Assembly: GCF_006345805.1 (NCBI RefSeq)
Contig: NC_043000.1
Span: forward strand, 120,776,001 to 120,840,000
Origin: Octopus sinensis
Lineage: Eukaryota
Reading direction: 5' to 3'
Length of the DNA stretch: 64,000 bases
Shown: one piece after another, positions 63,852 to 64,000 of the stretch
Numbering within the stretch: position 1 is the first letter of the stretch
Layout: every line of letters starts with the position of its first letter
Notes under the pieces: model-generated
The model's input: the letters and a program-made list of their open reading frames with translations, nothing else
What the model was told of the DNA's origin: nothing
Databases searched by the model: none
Translations under genes and position numbers: made by a program

Positions 63852-63892
63852 GTATGTAGGTATATAGGTATGTATCTGTATCTCTCATTCAG

Positions 63893-64000
63893 ACCTCAAT
63901 GGCCGAATACTAACCACACGTTTGAAACTCAGAGTACCAAGGAGTCTGAATGGTACTGAGGAAAACAGGAGTTCGGTAGGGTTTGGTACGCTGCTGGCTC
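63893..64000 (+). CDS. Candidate exon running off the window (xLNGRILTTRLKLRVPRSLNGTEENRSSVGFGTLLA)
   Basis: TCTCTCATTCAG acceptor; only the phase-1 frame is open to the window end. Confidence 0.35.

Overview
AT-rich animal genomic DNA that is almost entirely repeat-derived. The SINE families, dense microsatellites and retroelement mix resemble octopus/cephalopod genomes as I recall them (inference, not a database match). No intact protein-coding gene is recognisable. Supported content: (i) decayed R4/Dong-clade RLE non-LTR retrotransposon fragments in (TAA)n tracts; (ii) two decayed Penelope-like elements (RT + GIY-YIG) plus solo and inverted pseudo-LTRs carrying minimal hammerhead ribozyme motifs, mostly abutting (AT)n; (iii) four tRNA-derived SINE families, including head-less tandem arrays; (iv) four ~380-400 bp non-autonomous Helitrons; (v) a MITE and several fold-back inverted repeats; (vi) an intact-looking tRNA-Thr(CGT). 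The most striking item is that tRNA. With a 4-nt leader, an ~19-nt trailer and a full SINE, it is enclosed by one apparent target-site duplication, suggesting a pre-tRNA/SINE read-through transcript retrotransposed as a unit. A weak 3-exon plus-strand gene candidate lies at the right end. SINE and fragment boundaries are approximate, and family labels A-D are my own.
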